The notes: generated by a model not told the origin, from the sequence alone. A stretch of 62,854 nucleotides of DNA from an uncultured archaeon (GCA_964508365.1 CAZDTP010000015.1:5285-68138); one strand, 5' to 3'; numbered from the stretch's first letter, positions 45,181 through 55,493 are shown. A program made the numbers and translations.

Positions 45181-46248
45181 ATGAACTACTTTACTAAAGA
45201 ATCATTACTATCTAATAACAACGATATTGGAAATATTGTCGAATTAAACTTCAATAACGAAAGTTCCGCAATTATCTCTGAATATGGAGGGCGACTTTTA
45301 GGACTTTTCCCTAAGAATGATAATTATAGCTTATTATGGATTAATCCCGACATAAAAAAAAAAGTGAAAAGTAGGCAGTGGGATATTGGTGGAGATAGAT
45401 ATTGGATTAGCCCTGAAAGAGAATTCTTTTATGAAAATCCTCAAAAATGGGAAAAATGGTTTTGTCCTCAAGGATTAGACCCCGCTTATTACGATATTTT
45501 AGCAGAAACTTCAATTTCATGCACACTATCGAGTCCGGTAACAGTAGAATCACAAACTTTGAAACAGATTTATAACGGAGAAATAACACGCCAACTCACA
45601 TTAAAAAAAGAACCAATTTCAACCGGATTAAGTTATTGCGGTGTCGAATTCGTAGATGATTGTGTTTTCTTCCAACCGGGATTGAACATTAATGGGTGGT
45701 CTTTGGCTTGCATAATAAGCGGTGGACCTTCAAATCCCGGAACAGTTTTGATTCCAACTAAATCTGATGCAAAACCACTATCATATTTCAGAGATATTCC
45801 ACAAAATCGTTTGGAAATGGGACCGAATTATGTTGCTTTTAAAATAGATGTTGCAGATATTTACAAATTAGCCATAAGACCTGAAGATATCGACTTTACG
45901 CGACCAGCTAAAATTGGATATATTCTTAAAATTCCAGATACTGATGATTTCGGATTTTTGGTTAAAATTTCAAATGATATTCCAAAATCGCAAGCAGATT
46001 GTTTTGATGTGGCTCGGGATCATCCTAATTGTGAAGTCGGAGTGATTCAATCGTATAATTCTAAGTCTCCAGATTTAACCCACTTGAATTTTGGAGAAAT
46101 TGAACTGCAATTAAACCAATTTGAAACAATTGATAACGCGTCTTTAGGTAAAGCTAAACATCAAATCTTTGGGTATATCGGTTCTAAAGAAGAAATTATA
46201 AATGTTATGGAGAAATATCTGGGATTAAAGCACCCGATATTATACTAA
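45181..46248 (+). CDS. DUF6786-like beta-sandwich (galactose-mutarotase-like) protein
   Basis: YGGRLLG, LLWINP, GGDRYWISPE, FGEIE motifs; function unknown. Confidence 0.55.
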   Translation: MNYFTKESLLSNNNDIGNIVELNFNNESSAIISEYGGRLLGLFPKNDNYSLLWINPDIKKKVKSRQWDIGGDRYWISPEREFFYENPQKWEKWFCPQGLDPAYYDILAETSISCTLSSPVTVESQTLKQIYNGEITRQLTLKKEPISTGLSYCGVEFVDDCVFFQPGLNINGWSLACIISGGPSNPGTVLIPTKSDAKPLSYFRDIPQNRLEMGPNYVAFKIDVADIYKLAIRPEDIDFTRPAKIGYILKIPDTDDFGFLVKISNDIPKSQADCFDVARDHPNCEVGVIQSYNSKSPDLTHLNFGEIELQLNQFETIDNASLGKAKHQIFGYIGSKEEIINVMEKYLGLKHPILY

Positions 46249-46313
46249 GTGTAAAATTATCTATAAATGTCTTAGGTTTATTAATACTGATAATTTAATT
46301 TGAAAAAAGAAGA

Positions 46314-46853
46314 TTATAAAAGTCCGGAAGATTCTAGCATTTTTAAAGCTATCTTATAGAAAATCAACTCTACATTTTCTCCTGTTTTTGAAGAGCACTC
46401 GATATAATCAAAAACCCCATATTTCTTTCCTTGCTCAGAAGCATAATCTTCTTCGATCGATCTCTTTCCTTCTAATGCGAGATCTTTTTTACCCCCAACT
46501 AATAGAATAGGTAATTTTTTTTCTTGTCTATCGGGTGCTTTATTCAATAGATTGAGCCAGTCTTCAAGATGTGTCAAACTATAAAATCTACTAATATCGT
46601 ACATGAAGATCCCTCCTGTAGCACCTATTACATAATTCGGTAATAGGTTTTTAAATTGATGCTCCCCTGCAAAATCCCAAATTTGTAAGTTAACTCTTAT
46701 ACCTTGTACTTCTATGCTTTTCGTATAGAAATCTACTCCAATTGTCATTCTAAAATCTTCTGAATATTTACCAGAGATGTAGCGATTTATTAAAGTGGTT
46801 TTTCCTACACCTCCATCGCCAAAAATGCACATCTTATATCGAGCATACGACAT
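46314..46853 (-). CDS. Rab/Ras-like small GTPase
   Basis: GDGGVGKTT, TIGVDF, LQIWDFAGE, GGKKD, CSSKTGENV. Confidence 0.92.
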   Translation of the reverse strand: MSYARYKMCIFGDGGVGKTTLINRYISGKYSEDFRMTIGVDFYTKSIEVQGIRVNLQIWDFAGEHQFKNLLPNYVIGATGGIFMYDISRFYSLTHLEDWLNLLNKAPDRQEKKLPILLVGGKKDLALEGKRSIEEDYASEQGKKYGVFDYIECSSKTGENVELIFYKIALKMLESSGLL

Positions 46854-46913
46854 TTTATATCATTCTTCTTAATTTTCTTAATTATAACGATTCCTTATAA
46901 TATATTTTTTGGT

Positions 46914-47258
46914 TTATTTTACCTTCTTCGTCTCTTTTTTTAATTTTAATCGTAATTCTTCGTTTTCATTACGAAGTTCTTCAATCTCTTTTACTAATGT
47001 CGAGGTTATTGAAACTACTTGTTCTTTAGAGAATATATCATCATCTGTTAGCTTTTGTACATCTACACCTCGAATTTCCAGATGTCTATCTAAATAAAGC
47101 GTTGTTAAAATATTTTTTAAATCTCCATGTAAAAAAAAGTAAGAAAAAGGAAATTTAGATTGATTTTTAATAATTTTTTTCTGTAAACTAACTTCATGAG
47201 TGGTATCACAGACTCTGCAATGATAGGACCTAATTACTTTTTCACTGTCTTTACTCAT
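46914..47258 (-). CDS. Hypothetical protein with CxxC/His putative metal site and C-terminal coiled coil
   Basis: YHCRVCDTTH...FLHGD...IEELRNENEELRLKL; directly upstream of the GTPase. Confidence 0.7.
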   Translation of the reverse strand: MSKDSEKVIRSYHCRVCDTTHEVSLQKKIIKNQSKFPFSYFFLHGDLKNILTTLYLDRHLEIRGVDVQKLTDDDIFSKEQVVSITSTLVKEIEELRNENEELRLKLKKETKKVK

Positions 47259-47465
47259 AAAACTCTAATAAATTAGATAGTTATAAAATTTCTTATTTTT
47301 TCTGTTTAAAATATATTTTTAATAATATCCCCAACAATCCTAATATATATATACTAAAACATTTCTAACGAAAATGAATTAATTTCCCAAAAATAGTAAC
47401 ATTATAAACAAAACTTAGACATTGATTACTTAATTCTAAAAAAAATTATCATTAGGTTATAAAAA

Positions 47466-48413
47466 ATGAAAAGTTCTACTTTTACTTTTAAAGATAAAGA
47501 CAATATTGATATATTCGTATACAAATGGGAACCGGATATTCCCCCTAAAGCAGTTGTACAAATCGTTCACGGTTTAGCTGAACATGCTAAGCGATACGCT
47601 CGAGTAGCTGAAGCTTTATGCAACGAAGGTTATGTGTGTTATGCCAACGATGCGCGCGGTCATGGGAGAACTGCTGGTGATTTGACCGAAAAAACTTTAG
47701 AGGGTAACGCTGGAGTTTTAGGGCCAAATGGATGGAGAGGTGTAGTAAACGATCTTCACGAATTAACGAACTTAATTAAAAAAGCACATCCTGATTTACC
47801 GATATTTTTATTAGGTCATTCCTGGGGTGCTATGCTAACGCAGGATTACATTCAGGATTGGGGAAATGAACTTAAAGGTGTTATCTTAAGTGGCACTAAT
47901 GGAAAAGTGAGAGCTTTAGTCGTTAAAGCGGGTAAACTCTTACTTAAAAGCGAGATCAAAAAACGCGGTCCTACCGAACCAAGCCAAAAAATGCACGAGA
48001 TGAACTTTGCTTCCAACAACCATGATTGGGATAACGATGAAGGCGCAACTGGTTTTGAGTGGTTGAGTAGAGACAAAGACGAAGTTCAGAAATACATTGA
48101 CGATCCTTGGTGCGGATTTGTGAGTCCTGCTAACCTTTGGCTAGAATTTCTTCACGGATTTGAGAAAATTTATGACTCGAAACAAGAACAAAATATTTCA
48201 AAAGATTTACCTATCCATTTCATCTCTGGTTCGTTATGCGTTATAGGTAACAAGACCAAGGGAGTTACCGCCATGATTGATCGCCTTAAAAAATACGGCA
48301 TAAAGGATGTAACCTTTAAATTTTACCAAGATGCTCGACACGAAATTTTTAACGAAATTAACCGCGATGAAGTTTATCAGGACATAATTAATTGGTTTAA
48401 TTCACATCTGTGA
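47466..48413 (+). CDS. Alpha/beta hydrolase (lysophospholipase/monoacylglycerol lipase-like)
   Basis: VHGLAEH, DARGHG, GHSWG, RHEIFNE. Confidence 0.92.
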   Translation: MKSSTFTFKDKDNIDIFVYKWEPDIPPKAVVQIVHGLAEHAKRYARVAEALCNEGYVCYANDARGHGRTAGDLTEKTLEGNAGVLGPNGWRGVVNDLHELTNLIKKAHPDLPIFLLGHSWGAMLTQDYIQDWGNELKGVILSGTNGKVRALVVKAGKLLLKSEIKKRGPTEPSQKMHEMNFASNNHDWDNDEGATGFEWLSRDKDEVQKYIDDPWCGFVSPANLWLEFLHGFEKIYDSKQEQNISKDLPIHFISGSLCVIGNKTKGVTAMIDRLKKYGIKDVTFKFYQDARHEIFNEINRDEVYQDIINWFNSHL

Positions 48414-48444
48414 AATTGAAAACTTCTAATTCCACCTTTTTTTT

Positions 48445-48933
48445 TTAATTGAAAATATAAAATACCAAAAATATAATTATAATTATAAGGAGAACACAAA
48501 ATTCGTGCCGAATGTATAATTTGCCTATTTTAGGAATATAAATTCTAAAACCCCGAGAGCTAATGTATACTTTCATGTGCTTTTTTATTCTGGGAATCCC
48601 GCTTTCTTGATGATATCGTTCATGACAATCGTGATGGACTAAATCAATGTATTTTGGGTCGAACAATTTTTTATTATCGTAGTAGATGTGGTGTAGAGTA
48701 GAATAATATGGGTCTAATACATTACTACAAATCGGACATGTAAATATTTCATTTTCAAGAGAAAAATACTCTATCAATAATGCTTTTGCCTCAGTCCAAG
48801 CCTTTGACTTTTGAAAGTTATTGTATGCTATTTTAAAATCAAGATAATTATTCCTAAGATAAATTTTCGCAAACTTGCTATACTTTTCTAGTTCTTTCAG
48901 AATTTTTTTATGCCTGTTTGTTTTACGTGACAC
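48445..48933 (-). CDS. HNH endonuclease-like protein with C-terminal transmembrane helix
   Basis: CPIC...LHHIYY...LVHHDCHERYH; C-terminus FCVLLIIIIIFLVFYIFN; GGAG SD 7 nt before GTG. Confidence 0.65.
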   Translation of the reverse strand: MSRKTNRHKKILKELEKYSKFAKIYLRNNYLDFKIAYNNFQKSKAWTEAKALLIEYFSLENEIFTCPICSNVLDPYYSTLHHIYYDNKKLFDPKYIDLVHHDCHERYHQESGIPRIKKHMKVYISSRGFRIYIPKIGKLYIRHEFCVLLIIIIIFLVFYIFN

Positions 48934-49241
48934 ATTAACTCTCCATTATTATGATTATAACTTACCAAAAATGACTTATTCTAATCAAGAAGTATTGGGA
49001 ATATATTTATTATCCTATAAAAAAAAAAAAATGCAAATTTAAGTGACCAATGTGTTGAATTTTTCAGATTTAGAAGACTCGAGGCTTGTAAGCAAGTTTA
49101 AAATAGAATATAACAATTTTGATACATAATCAATACACACGATCTACACAACATTTATATATGATTGTGATTATATAATAAGTAGAAACAAAAAAATAAA
49201 TATTAAAAAAAAACAAAAAAAACAAATTGGAGGAAAAAATC

Positions 49242-49328
49242 ATGACTTACAATAAAAAAATTGAATTAGACGACATCAAATGTAAAATATATTCCCAGGT
49301 TTTAACAAGTTCTTTTGTTAGCCGTTAA
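49242..49328 (+). CDS. Small ORF (28 aa), not in ORF track
   Basis: GGAGG SD 8 nt upstream; MTYNKKIELDDIKCKIYSQVLTSSFVSR*. Confidence 0.45.
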   Translation: MTYNKKIELDDIKCKIYSQVLTSSFVSR

Positions 49329-49472
49329 ATTTTAAATAATTTTTTTAACTTTTAGAAGTGTGTACAAAATACATAAAAAATCACGATAATAAAAATACAT
49401 AAAAAACTGCTAAAAATATTTCAAATCTACAAAAAACTAAATAAAAAAAACATGAATAAGGAGGTAAAAAAG

Positions 49473-49586
49473 ATGGATATAATAAAAAAGGCGGATTTAA
49501 ATCCAAGGTATTTTGAAGAGGTTAAAGATTTAAAAAGAAAATGCCAATCATGGCAAGATTATAACACGAGATATTTATTTACTTAG
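49473..49586 (+). CDS. Small ORF (37 aa), not in ORF track
   Basis: AGGAGGT SD 7 nt upstream; MDIIKKADLNPRYFEEVKDLKRKCQSWQDYNTRYLFT*. Confidence 0.5.
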   Translation: MDIIKKADLNPRYFEEVKDLKRKCQSWQDYNTRYLFT

Positions 49587-49667
49587 ATATTAACCAAATT
49601 TAACTATTAGTTAGATAAATAACCATATAGTAAAAAAGAAAAGAAAAAATGGAGGAGAAAAAATAAA

Positions 49668-50363
49668 ATGAAAATATCAGGATCAGGAAGTCTTTCGGGA
49701 ATGAAATTAAACGATACTTTAGTTGTGTCAGGTTCCGCTAAAATCGATGGAAATTTTGAATGCGAAGGGTTTAGATCATCTGGTTCAATGAGAGGAGAAG
49801 GTGATTTAACTGTCCACGGCGATGTTAAAAGTTCTGGTTCATTCAGATTAAGCGGAAACCTTAAAGCTGAAGGAAACGCGAAATTTTCAGGTTCAACTAC
49901 GATTGGTCAAGGGATCAAAATTGATGGAGCGTTTGGAAATTCAGGTTCGTTAAGGGCTGGAGACAAAGTCGAAGCAGATCAAGGAATAAGGCTTTCAGGC
50001 TCAACGAGAGTTGATGGTGGTTTATTTTCACAAGAAACCATCGAAATAGAGGGTTCTACAACGATTAATGGAGATCTTAATGCTAAAGAAGTGTTGATCG
50101 GCACCCAAACCGCCATTAGGAGTAAATATATCGCTAAACATCCATACATTGTTTCTGGAAGTATTTATGGGGTGGATACAGTTGACATTAGCCACACTCT
50201 TGTTGATGGAGATGTAAAAGGACGTCATGTTATTATCGGAAAACGAACTGAAGTTGGTGGAAATGTTTATTATATAGACAGTATTAAAGTAGACGATAAA
50301 GCGGTATTGGCAAATGAGCCAATTCAAATTTCCGAAATAGATGAAGGTAGAATAGGAAAATAA
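49668..50363 (+). CDS. Polymer-forming cytoskeletal (bactofilin-like, YhbE/YhbF-type) protein
   Basis: Repeating beta-helix units (KISGSGS, VVSGSAKIDG, FSGSTTIG, LSGSTRVDG, IEGSTTING); GGAGGAG SD. Confidence 0.8.
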   Translation: MKISGSGSLSGMKLNDTLVVSGSAKIDGNFECEGFRSSGSMRGEGDLTVHGDVKSSGSFRLSGNLKAEGNAKFSGSTTIGQGIKIDGAFGNSGSLRAGDKVEADQGIRLSGSTRVDGGLFSQETIEIEGSTTINGDLNAKEVLIGTQTAIRSKYIAKHPYIVSGSIYGVDTVDISHTLVDGDVKGRHVIIGKRTEVGGNVYYIDSIKVDDKAVLANEPIQISEIDEGRIGK

Positions 50364-50444
50364 AAATATGTTTTTTTAGAATAAATTTAACTTTATAAAA
50401 TTAAAAATTATGAATTATCCATTAAATTGGATGGAGGAATGAAT

Positions 50445-51368
50445 ATGTATAAAGAAACAGAAAATGATGATAGAGAGGATCGAGAAAATCGTGATATTGA
50501 AAAGATCAAGAATAAAATAAAATGGGAGCTGGAGGATATCAAAGACGATCTTATGGAAGAGTTAGAGGACTTACACGAAGACTTCGAAGATGAAATAGAA
50601 GATTTGAAAGACACAAAAGAAGAGATAAAAGAGGAACTTTTAGAAGAATTAGAGGATTTACAGGACGAGAGAGATTACATTATACACGAAATCGAAGATA
50701 CAAAAGATGGATTGAACGAAATAAAAGAAAACGCAAGAGAGCAAATTGAGGAAGCTAAAGTAAGGTTAGAACATGTAAAAGCTAAAATGGAAAAACATAG
50801 AGAGAAATATCTTGACAAAATCCAAAAAAGAATAGAAAAAGCTCAGAAGAAAGTTGCAAAACGTATAAATATTTCAGTTGATTCCGAGACGAGCGATGAA
50901 TGGAGGGATTGGTCTGAAGAGTTAGGATCATCCGTATCAGAGCTAATTAGAAAATCTATGAGGTTTGTTAAGAATAACATAGGGGATCTATCAAAATTAG
51001 AGGAATTGGGAGAGAATATTGAACGTGCAGTTAAAGAATCAGGAATAGAGGATCTAGCAAGTGAAATCGAGCGCGAGGTTGAAGGAAAAAAGAAAAAGTC
51101 TAAAATTAAAATTGATCTTTCGAGTTCAAGTTCAAGCGATAAAGATCGAATAAAAAAGAGAGTCAGGGGTTTAATCAAGCTTCAAAAAAGTTTACCGATT
51201 GAAAAACTGGCTCAAGCACTTAACCGAGCAAACGAGGACGCTGAAAATCTTATTTACGAATTAGTCGACGAGGGTATTGAAGGTTCATTGGAGAAAGGAG
51301 TGTTTAAATTCACGAGCGCTCCTGAAGAAGTGATTTCAAAAATTAACGAATTGATTGACAACATGTAA
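50445..51368 (+). CDS. Acidic coiled-coil plus RHH plus C-terminal winged-helix (PCI-like) protein
   Basis: E/D-rich heptads; RINISVDSETSDEWRDWSEELGSSVSELIRKSM (RHH); LPIEKLAQALNRANEDAENLIYELVDEGIEG (wHTH). GGAGGA lies 6 nt before ATG 50445. Confidence 0.65.
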   Translation: MYKETENDDREDRENRDIEKIKNKIKWELEDIKDDLMEELEDLHEDFEDEIEDLKDTKEEIKEELLEELEDLQDERDYIIHEIEDTKDGLNEIKENAREQIEEAKVRLEHVKAKMEKHREKYLDKIQKRIEKAQKKVAKRINISVDSETSDEWRDWSEELGSSVSELIRKSMRFVKNNIGDLSKLEELGENIERAVKESGIEDLASEIEREVEGKKKKSKIKIDLSSSSSSDKDRIKKRVRGLIKLQKSLPIEKLAQALNRANEDAENLIYELVDEGIEGSLEKGVFKFTSAPEEVISKINELIDNM

Positions 51369-51599
51369 ATACGGCTCATTGTAGGGATAAAAACCTAAAC
51401 CAGATAAATCAAATTAAAGGGAATTAGAGGATATTGAAAAAGTGAATTAAAAAATCAAAAAGTGTCATTTAACAAAGAAATAAATAAAATTAATAGTTTT
51501 TTGAGAGATAATTTACCACGTGAAAGTAAATTGAAAGAAGAGATGTAGAAAATAGAAAAATTAAAAAAAAAAAACTGAAAAGAAAGATGTGAAAATGAA

Positions 51600-52877
51600 A
51601 TGGAGGAATTAGCAAATAAGAACTCATTTAGAAGTTATATGTATTTTTGGTCGGGACAATTATTTTCTCTTTTTGGATCAATGGTTGTCTACTTTGTAAT
51701 AATATGGTGGGTTACCGTGGAAACTCAGAGCCCAGTATATTTAGCTATCGCTTCATTTTTGTTTATTCTTTGTCAAGTGATCTTTATGCCAATAGCGGGA
51801 GTTCTTGCTGACAGATTGAACAGAAAAGTAATAATTGTTGTTGCTGATTCTCTCCAAGCAGTTGCAACTCTAATTTTACTTGTTTTGTTTCAGATGAATC
51901 TTGCTAATATATGGATTGTCTTAATATTCATAAGTATCCGCAGTATTTTTCAAGCGTTTCATTTACCAGCAGTGAATTCTATTATACCCGCTATGGTTCC
52001 AAAAGAAAATTTGTCCAGAATTAACGGGATTAATTTCTTATTTACTGGAGTGGTTCAAATTATTGCGCCATTAATAGGGGCAACTTTAATGATTATCTTT
52101 CCAATAAACACGATTCTTTGGGTCGATGTCATAACATTTCTTATAGCTTTAATCCCGCTAGTGCTCATCCAGATTCCATCAGTCGAGAATCATGGAGAAA
52201 ATGTTGATAAGAAATCTTTCTTTAGGGAATTTAAACTTGGCCTTCATACTATTAAAGTTATACCTGGATTAATTACAATAATTTTTCTATCGATGTTACT
52301 CAATTTTTTAATAAGACCTTTTGATACCTTGATGCCTTATTATATTAATGTTTTTCATGGTGGTTCTGCTACAGATTTAGCAATAGTATTAGTGTTTTTT
52401 CAAGGTGGTATGATTTTTGGTGCCCTTTTAACTTCAATCAAAAAAACCTGGAATAGTAAGATGAAAGTAATTTTCGGTTGTATTACTATTCTTATGATGG
52501 GATATGGGATTATGGCTCTGGCTCCTCCAGGAGGATACTTAGTAATAGGTATAGGTGGTGTTGTGATGGGCTTAACATTGCCAATTATAAATTCCTTATA
52601 TCAAACATTTATACAAACGGTTGTTCCAACGGATAAGATGGGGAGGATTACTTCCATCGATAGTTCCTTATCCATGTCAATCTCTCCAATCGGAACTTTA
52701 ATCTCTGGCCCTTTAGCGGAAATGTTTGGAGTTGGTAACCTGTTTCTCTATTGTGCTATTCTCGGAATGATTGTCACTATTTTAGTTTGGAGTTTTACAG
52801 GTATTAAGAATATAGATTATGACAATAAAAGTCAATTAGGAATGATCAAAGACAATGTAAACAGTTTAAAAAATTAA
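51600..52877 (+). CDS. MFS transporter (MefA/DHA3-like)
   Basis: WSGQLFSLFGS, AGVLADRLNRK, MGRITS; about 12 TM. Confidence 0.9.
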   Translation: MEELANKNSFRSYMYFWSGQLFSLFGSMVVYFVIIWWVTVETQSPVYLAIASFLFILCQVIFMPIAGVLADRLNRKVIIVVADSLQAVATLILLVLFQMNLANIWIVLIFISIRSIFQAFHLPAVNSIIPAMVPKENLSRINGINFLFTGVVQIIAPLIGATLMIIFPINTILWVDVITFLIALIPLVLIQIPSVENHGENVDKKSFFREFKLGLHTIKVIPGLITIIFLSMLLNFLIRPFDTLMPYYINVFHGGSATDLAIVLVFFQGGMIFGALLTSIKKTWNSKMKVIFGCITILMMGYGIMALAPPGGYLVIGIGGVVMGLTLPIINSLYQTFIQTVVPTDKMGRITSIDSSLSMSISPIGTLISGPLAEMFGVGNLFLYCAILGMIVTILVWSFTGIKNIDYDNKSQLGMIKDNVNSLKN

Positions 52878-53055
52878 TTTTTTTTATTTTTAAATTACTC
52901 TGGTTACCAGTTTTGATACCTAAATACCTAGATGTGTATATGTTCCTAAGCAAATATACAATATGTGTAATAATCCACTATTTTAAATGTTCATTTCATA
53001 AAATTATAATAACCCTTACTGGAATATTGATGTGATATTTTAGGTATAAATTGAT

Positions 53056-53859
53056 TTATAGTGAATTTTTTACAAATCCCCCATCAACTTGAATTACTGT
53101 TCCAGTAATATAACTAGCTTTATCGGAGGCTAAAAAAACTACGAGATTTGCTAACTCTTGAGGGCGACCTAATCTCCCTAAAGGGATGTTTTCTATCCAT
53201 TCCTTCATTATTTCTTGTCTTGATTTCCCTAAATTATTCATTTGAGTTTTTATTAGTTCTTCCATTCGATTGGTTAATGTTGGTCCAGGACAGACAACAT
53301 TAACTAAGATATTATCTTTTGCATATTCGTTAGATAAGGTTTTTGCGAAACCTACAACTCCAAGGCGGGTTGTATTTGACAAGATCAAATTATTTAGTGG
53401 TTGTTTAACAGATACTGAAGTTATCGCAATAATCCTACCAAACTCTTGCTTCTGCATTATTGGTAATGCTAACTTAGAAATGTGAATAAAGGAAATTAGG
53501 TTTAATTTTATAGATTTTTCCCAATCATCTCTGCTTATTTCACTAAATGGAGCTGATGGTGGACCACCTGCGTTATGCACTAATATGTCTATACACTTAA
53601 ACTCAGTTAATGTAGTTTCAATTAGTGTTTGAATCTGGCTTTCATCATTTAAATCGGTAATAACCCCAAGAATTCTATTATTATTAGTAGAGGGTTTAAA
53701 CTTGCTAATCTCTTCTTTCGCCAGCTCTATATTGTCTTTAGAACGACTACAGATAATTACATGTGCTCCTTCGCTATAAAATGCTTTAGCACATGCCAAA
53801 CCTAATCCTTTACTTGAAGCGAGAATTAGTGCAACTTTATCTTTCAACCCTAAATCCAT
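53056..53859 (-). CDS. Short-chain dehydrogenase/reductase
   Basis: LASSKGLG, HNAGGP, LSNTTR, NVVCPG, VDGG; GGTGA SD 7 nt before ATG. Confidence 0.9.
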   Translation of the reverse strand: MDLGLKDKVALILASSKGLGLACAKAFYSEGAHVIICSRSKDNIELAKEEISKFKPSTNNNRILGVITDLNDESQIQTLIETTLTEFKCIDILVHNAGGPPSAPFSEISRDDWEKSIKLNLISFIHISKLALPIMQKQEFGRIIAITSVSVKQPLNNLILSNTTRLGVVGFAKTLSNEYAKDNILVNVVCPGPTLTNRMEELIKTQMNNLGKSRQEIMKEWIENIPLGRLGRPQELANLVVFLASDKASYITGTVIQVDGGFVKNSL

Positions 53860-53920
53860 ATGGATATCACCTATTCTTTTGAGTTGTGAATTAATTAAAA
53901 TACTCCCTTACTATTTAACC

Positions 53921-54802
53921 CTAAATTTCATTTTTTTGGTTTAAATTAGAAAATATATAAACTGATTCGAGAATTTTATTAATTTTAGTTGCCTTCTCAT
54001 CAATTTCTTCTGATTTTAGACCTATTTTAAAAAAGTCTGCTCGTTCTGTCAACTTAAAATTATGTGAATTTTCCAAGAACTCTAGGAAACCTAATTTCTT
54101 TAATCTTTTTAAGTGTAGCGTAGCATCTTTACTCGATAAATCTAGATCGTAGAAAAGATCAATCATCTTATGTTCCTTTAGATCACAATATTGTACAATA
54201 ATCTGCAAATCTAATTTAAAATCTTGAAAGCCTTTTTCATCTTTGAATCCTGTTTTATAATCACATAGATTAGAGAAAAGTTGGGATATAATGTCATATG
54301 TTTTTAAAAAATATTTTTTTGTTATTGATGTTGGATAAATTTGGGAACTCATTTCCTGCTTCTTTTCATTCATTAGGTAGTCGTTGATAGCCTTCAATTT
54401 TTGTTGTAGATAATGTGATTCAATTAAATCTATTTTATGTAATAGTATCGCAATTGAACAGTTGCTTAATTTCAAGTCATTTTGTATCTTGATAACATCA
54501 CCGATGAATTCTATATTCTCTCCAAGGTATCTATTAATGTCTAGAACACATATGATCAAATTTGTGTGTTTAAAAATATTACTATCTTTACTAAACCAAT
54601 CTTTATTTTCTTGACCAGCTAAATCGAAAACACCTAAATCTTGTTCGAAAAATGAATAGATACTTGAGTTTATACCTCTAGTAGGATCCAAGGTGTTTTT
54701 TAATAGTTTAAGGGGACTTTCCATTTCAAAAAATATGTTTTTGATCGTAGTTTTTCCTGTACCAGGGGGACCAATGAATAATATTTTCTTCGTCTCAACC
54801 AT
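53921..54802 (-). CDS. Rag/Gtr1-like small GTPase fused to C-terminal winged-helix domain
   Basis: GPPGTGKTT, LDPTRG, DLAGQE, HKID (Rag-type G4); MIDLFYDLDLSSKDATLHLKRLKKLGFL...FKLTERA (wHTH). Confidence 0.8.
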   Translation of the reverse strand: MVETKKILFIGPPGTGKTTIKNIFFEMESPLKLLKNTLDPTRGINSSIYSFFEQDLGVFDLAGQENKDWFSKDSNIFKHTNLIICVLDINRYLGENIEFIGDVIKIQNDLKLSNCSIAILLHKIDLIESHYLQQKLKAINDYLMNEKKQEMSSQIYPTSITKKYFLKTYDIISQLFSNLCDYKTGFKDEKGFQDFKLDLQIIVQYCDLKEHKMIDLFYDLDLSSKDATLHLKRLKKLGFLEFLENSHNFKLTERADFFKIGLKSEEIDEKATKINKILESVYIFSNLNQKNEI

Positions 54803-55058
54803 GCTATTATATAAGAATTGGTCTATCTATAAAAATTTAAATCATGAGGATTTAGTTTTTAATTTTAAGTACATATTACACTTCATAAAGAATTCATTAC
54901 ACCTCGGACAGCTTTCAGCTTTATCGCAAACTAATACATAATTACATCTTATTCCATTCAAGGAAAAAAGGTTTATTTTAACTCTATGCAGTCTATTTTC
55001 AATTTCAGAACGCAATCTTAGTCCCTCCTAAATCGACATCGTTTTTAACACAAAAAAT

Positions 55059-55349
55059 TTAATCAAGAATGAAATGCGGCTTTTCATTATTTTTGAAATA
55101 ATTACCTTTAAGAAGAAGGTCTATTTCTGATATCAACCAGCATATCACATCATAAGGGGGGGAAGTTTGATATATTTTAGTTGCTCGTTGCTTAATGAAA
55201 TTCTGTTCTACTTTTTGGAAGTTATTTTGTAGATAAAGTTGCCTTTCCGCTAGCATCCAGCATAAACTATCATAAGTTATTTCTTTTTCTGCAAGAAAAT
55301 AGGCTGCAACGCTAATATCATGTTTAATATCGTTATTATAATCGAACAT
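55059..55349 (-). CDS. Small protein with two DUF2934-like repeats
   Basis: ISVAAYFLAE...YDSLCWMLAERQL and IKQRATKIYQ...YDVICWLISEIDL. Confidence 0.55.
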   Translation of the reverse strand: MFDYNNDIKHDISVAAYFLAEKEITYDSLCWMLAERQLYLQNNFQKVEQNFIKQRATKIYQTSPPYDVICWLISEIDLLLKGNYFKNNEKPHFILD

Positions 55350-55493
55350 TAATCATCAAAGCTATTATAGATACTTTTAGTAAAAAATATGATCATAAAA
55401 ATTTAGCCATTCAAGAATCAACCTGTGTCAAAATCAACATAAAAGCATAAAAACTGATCTAAACGAAAATAAGGAAAAGCTATTAAATGGGTA

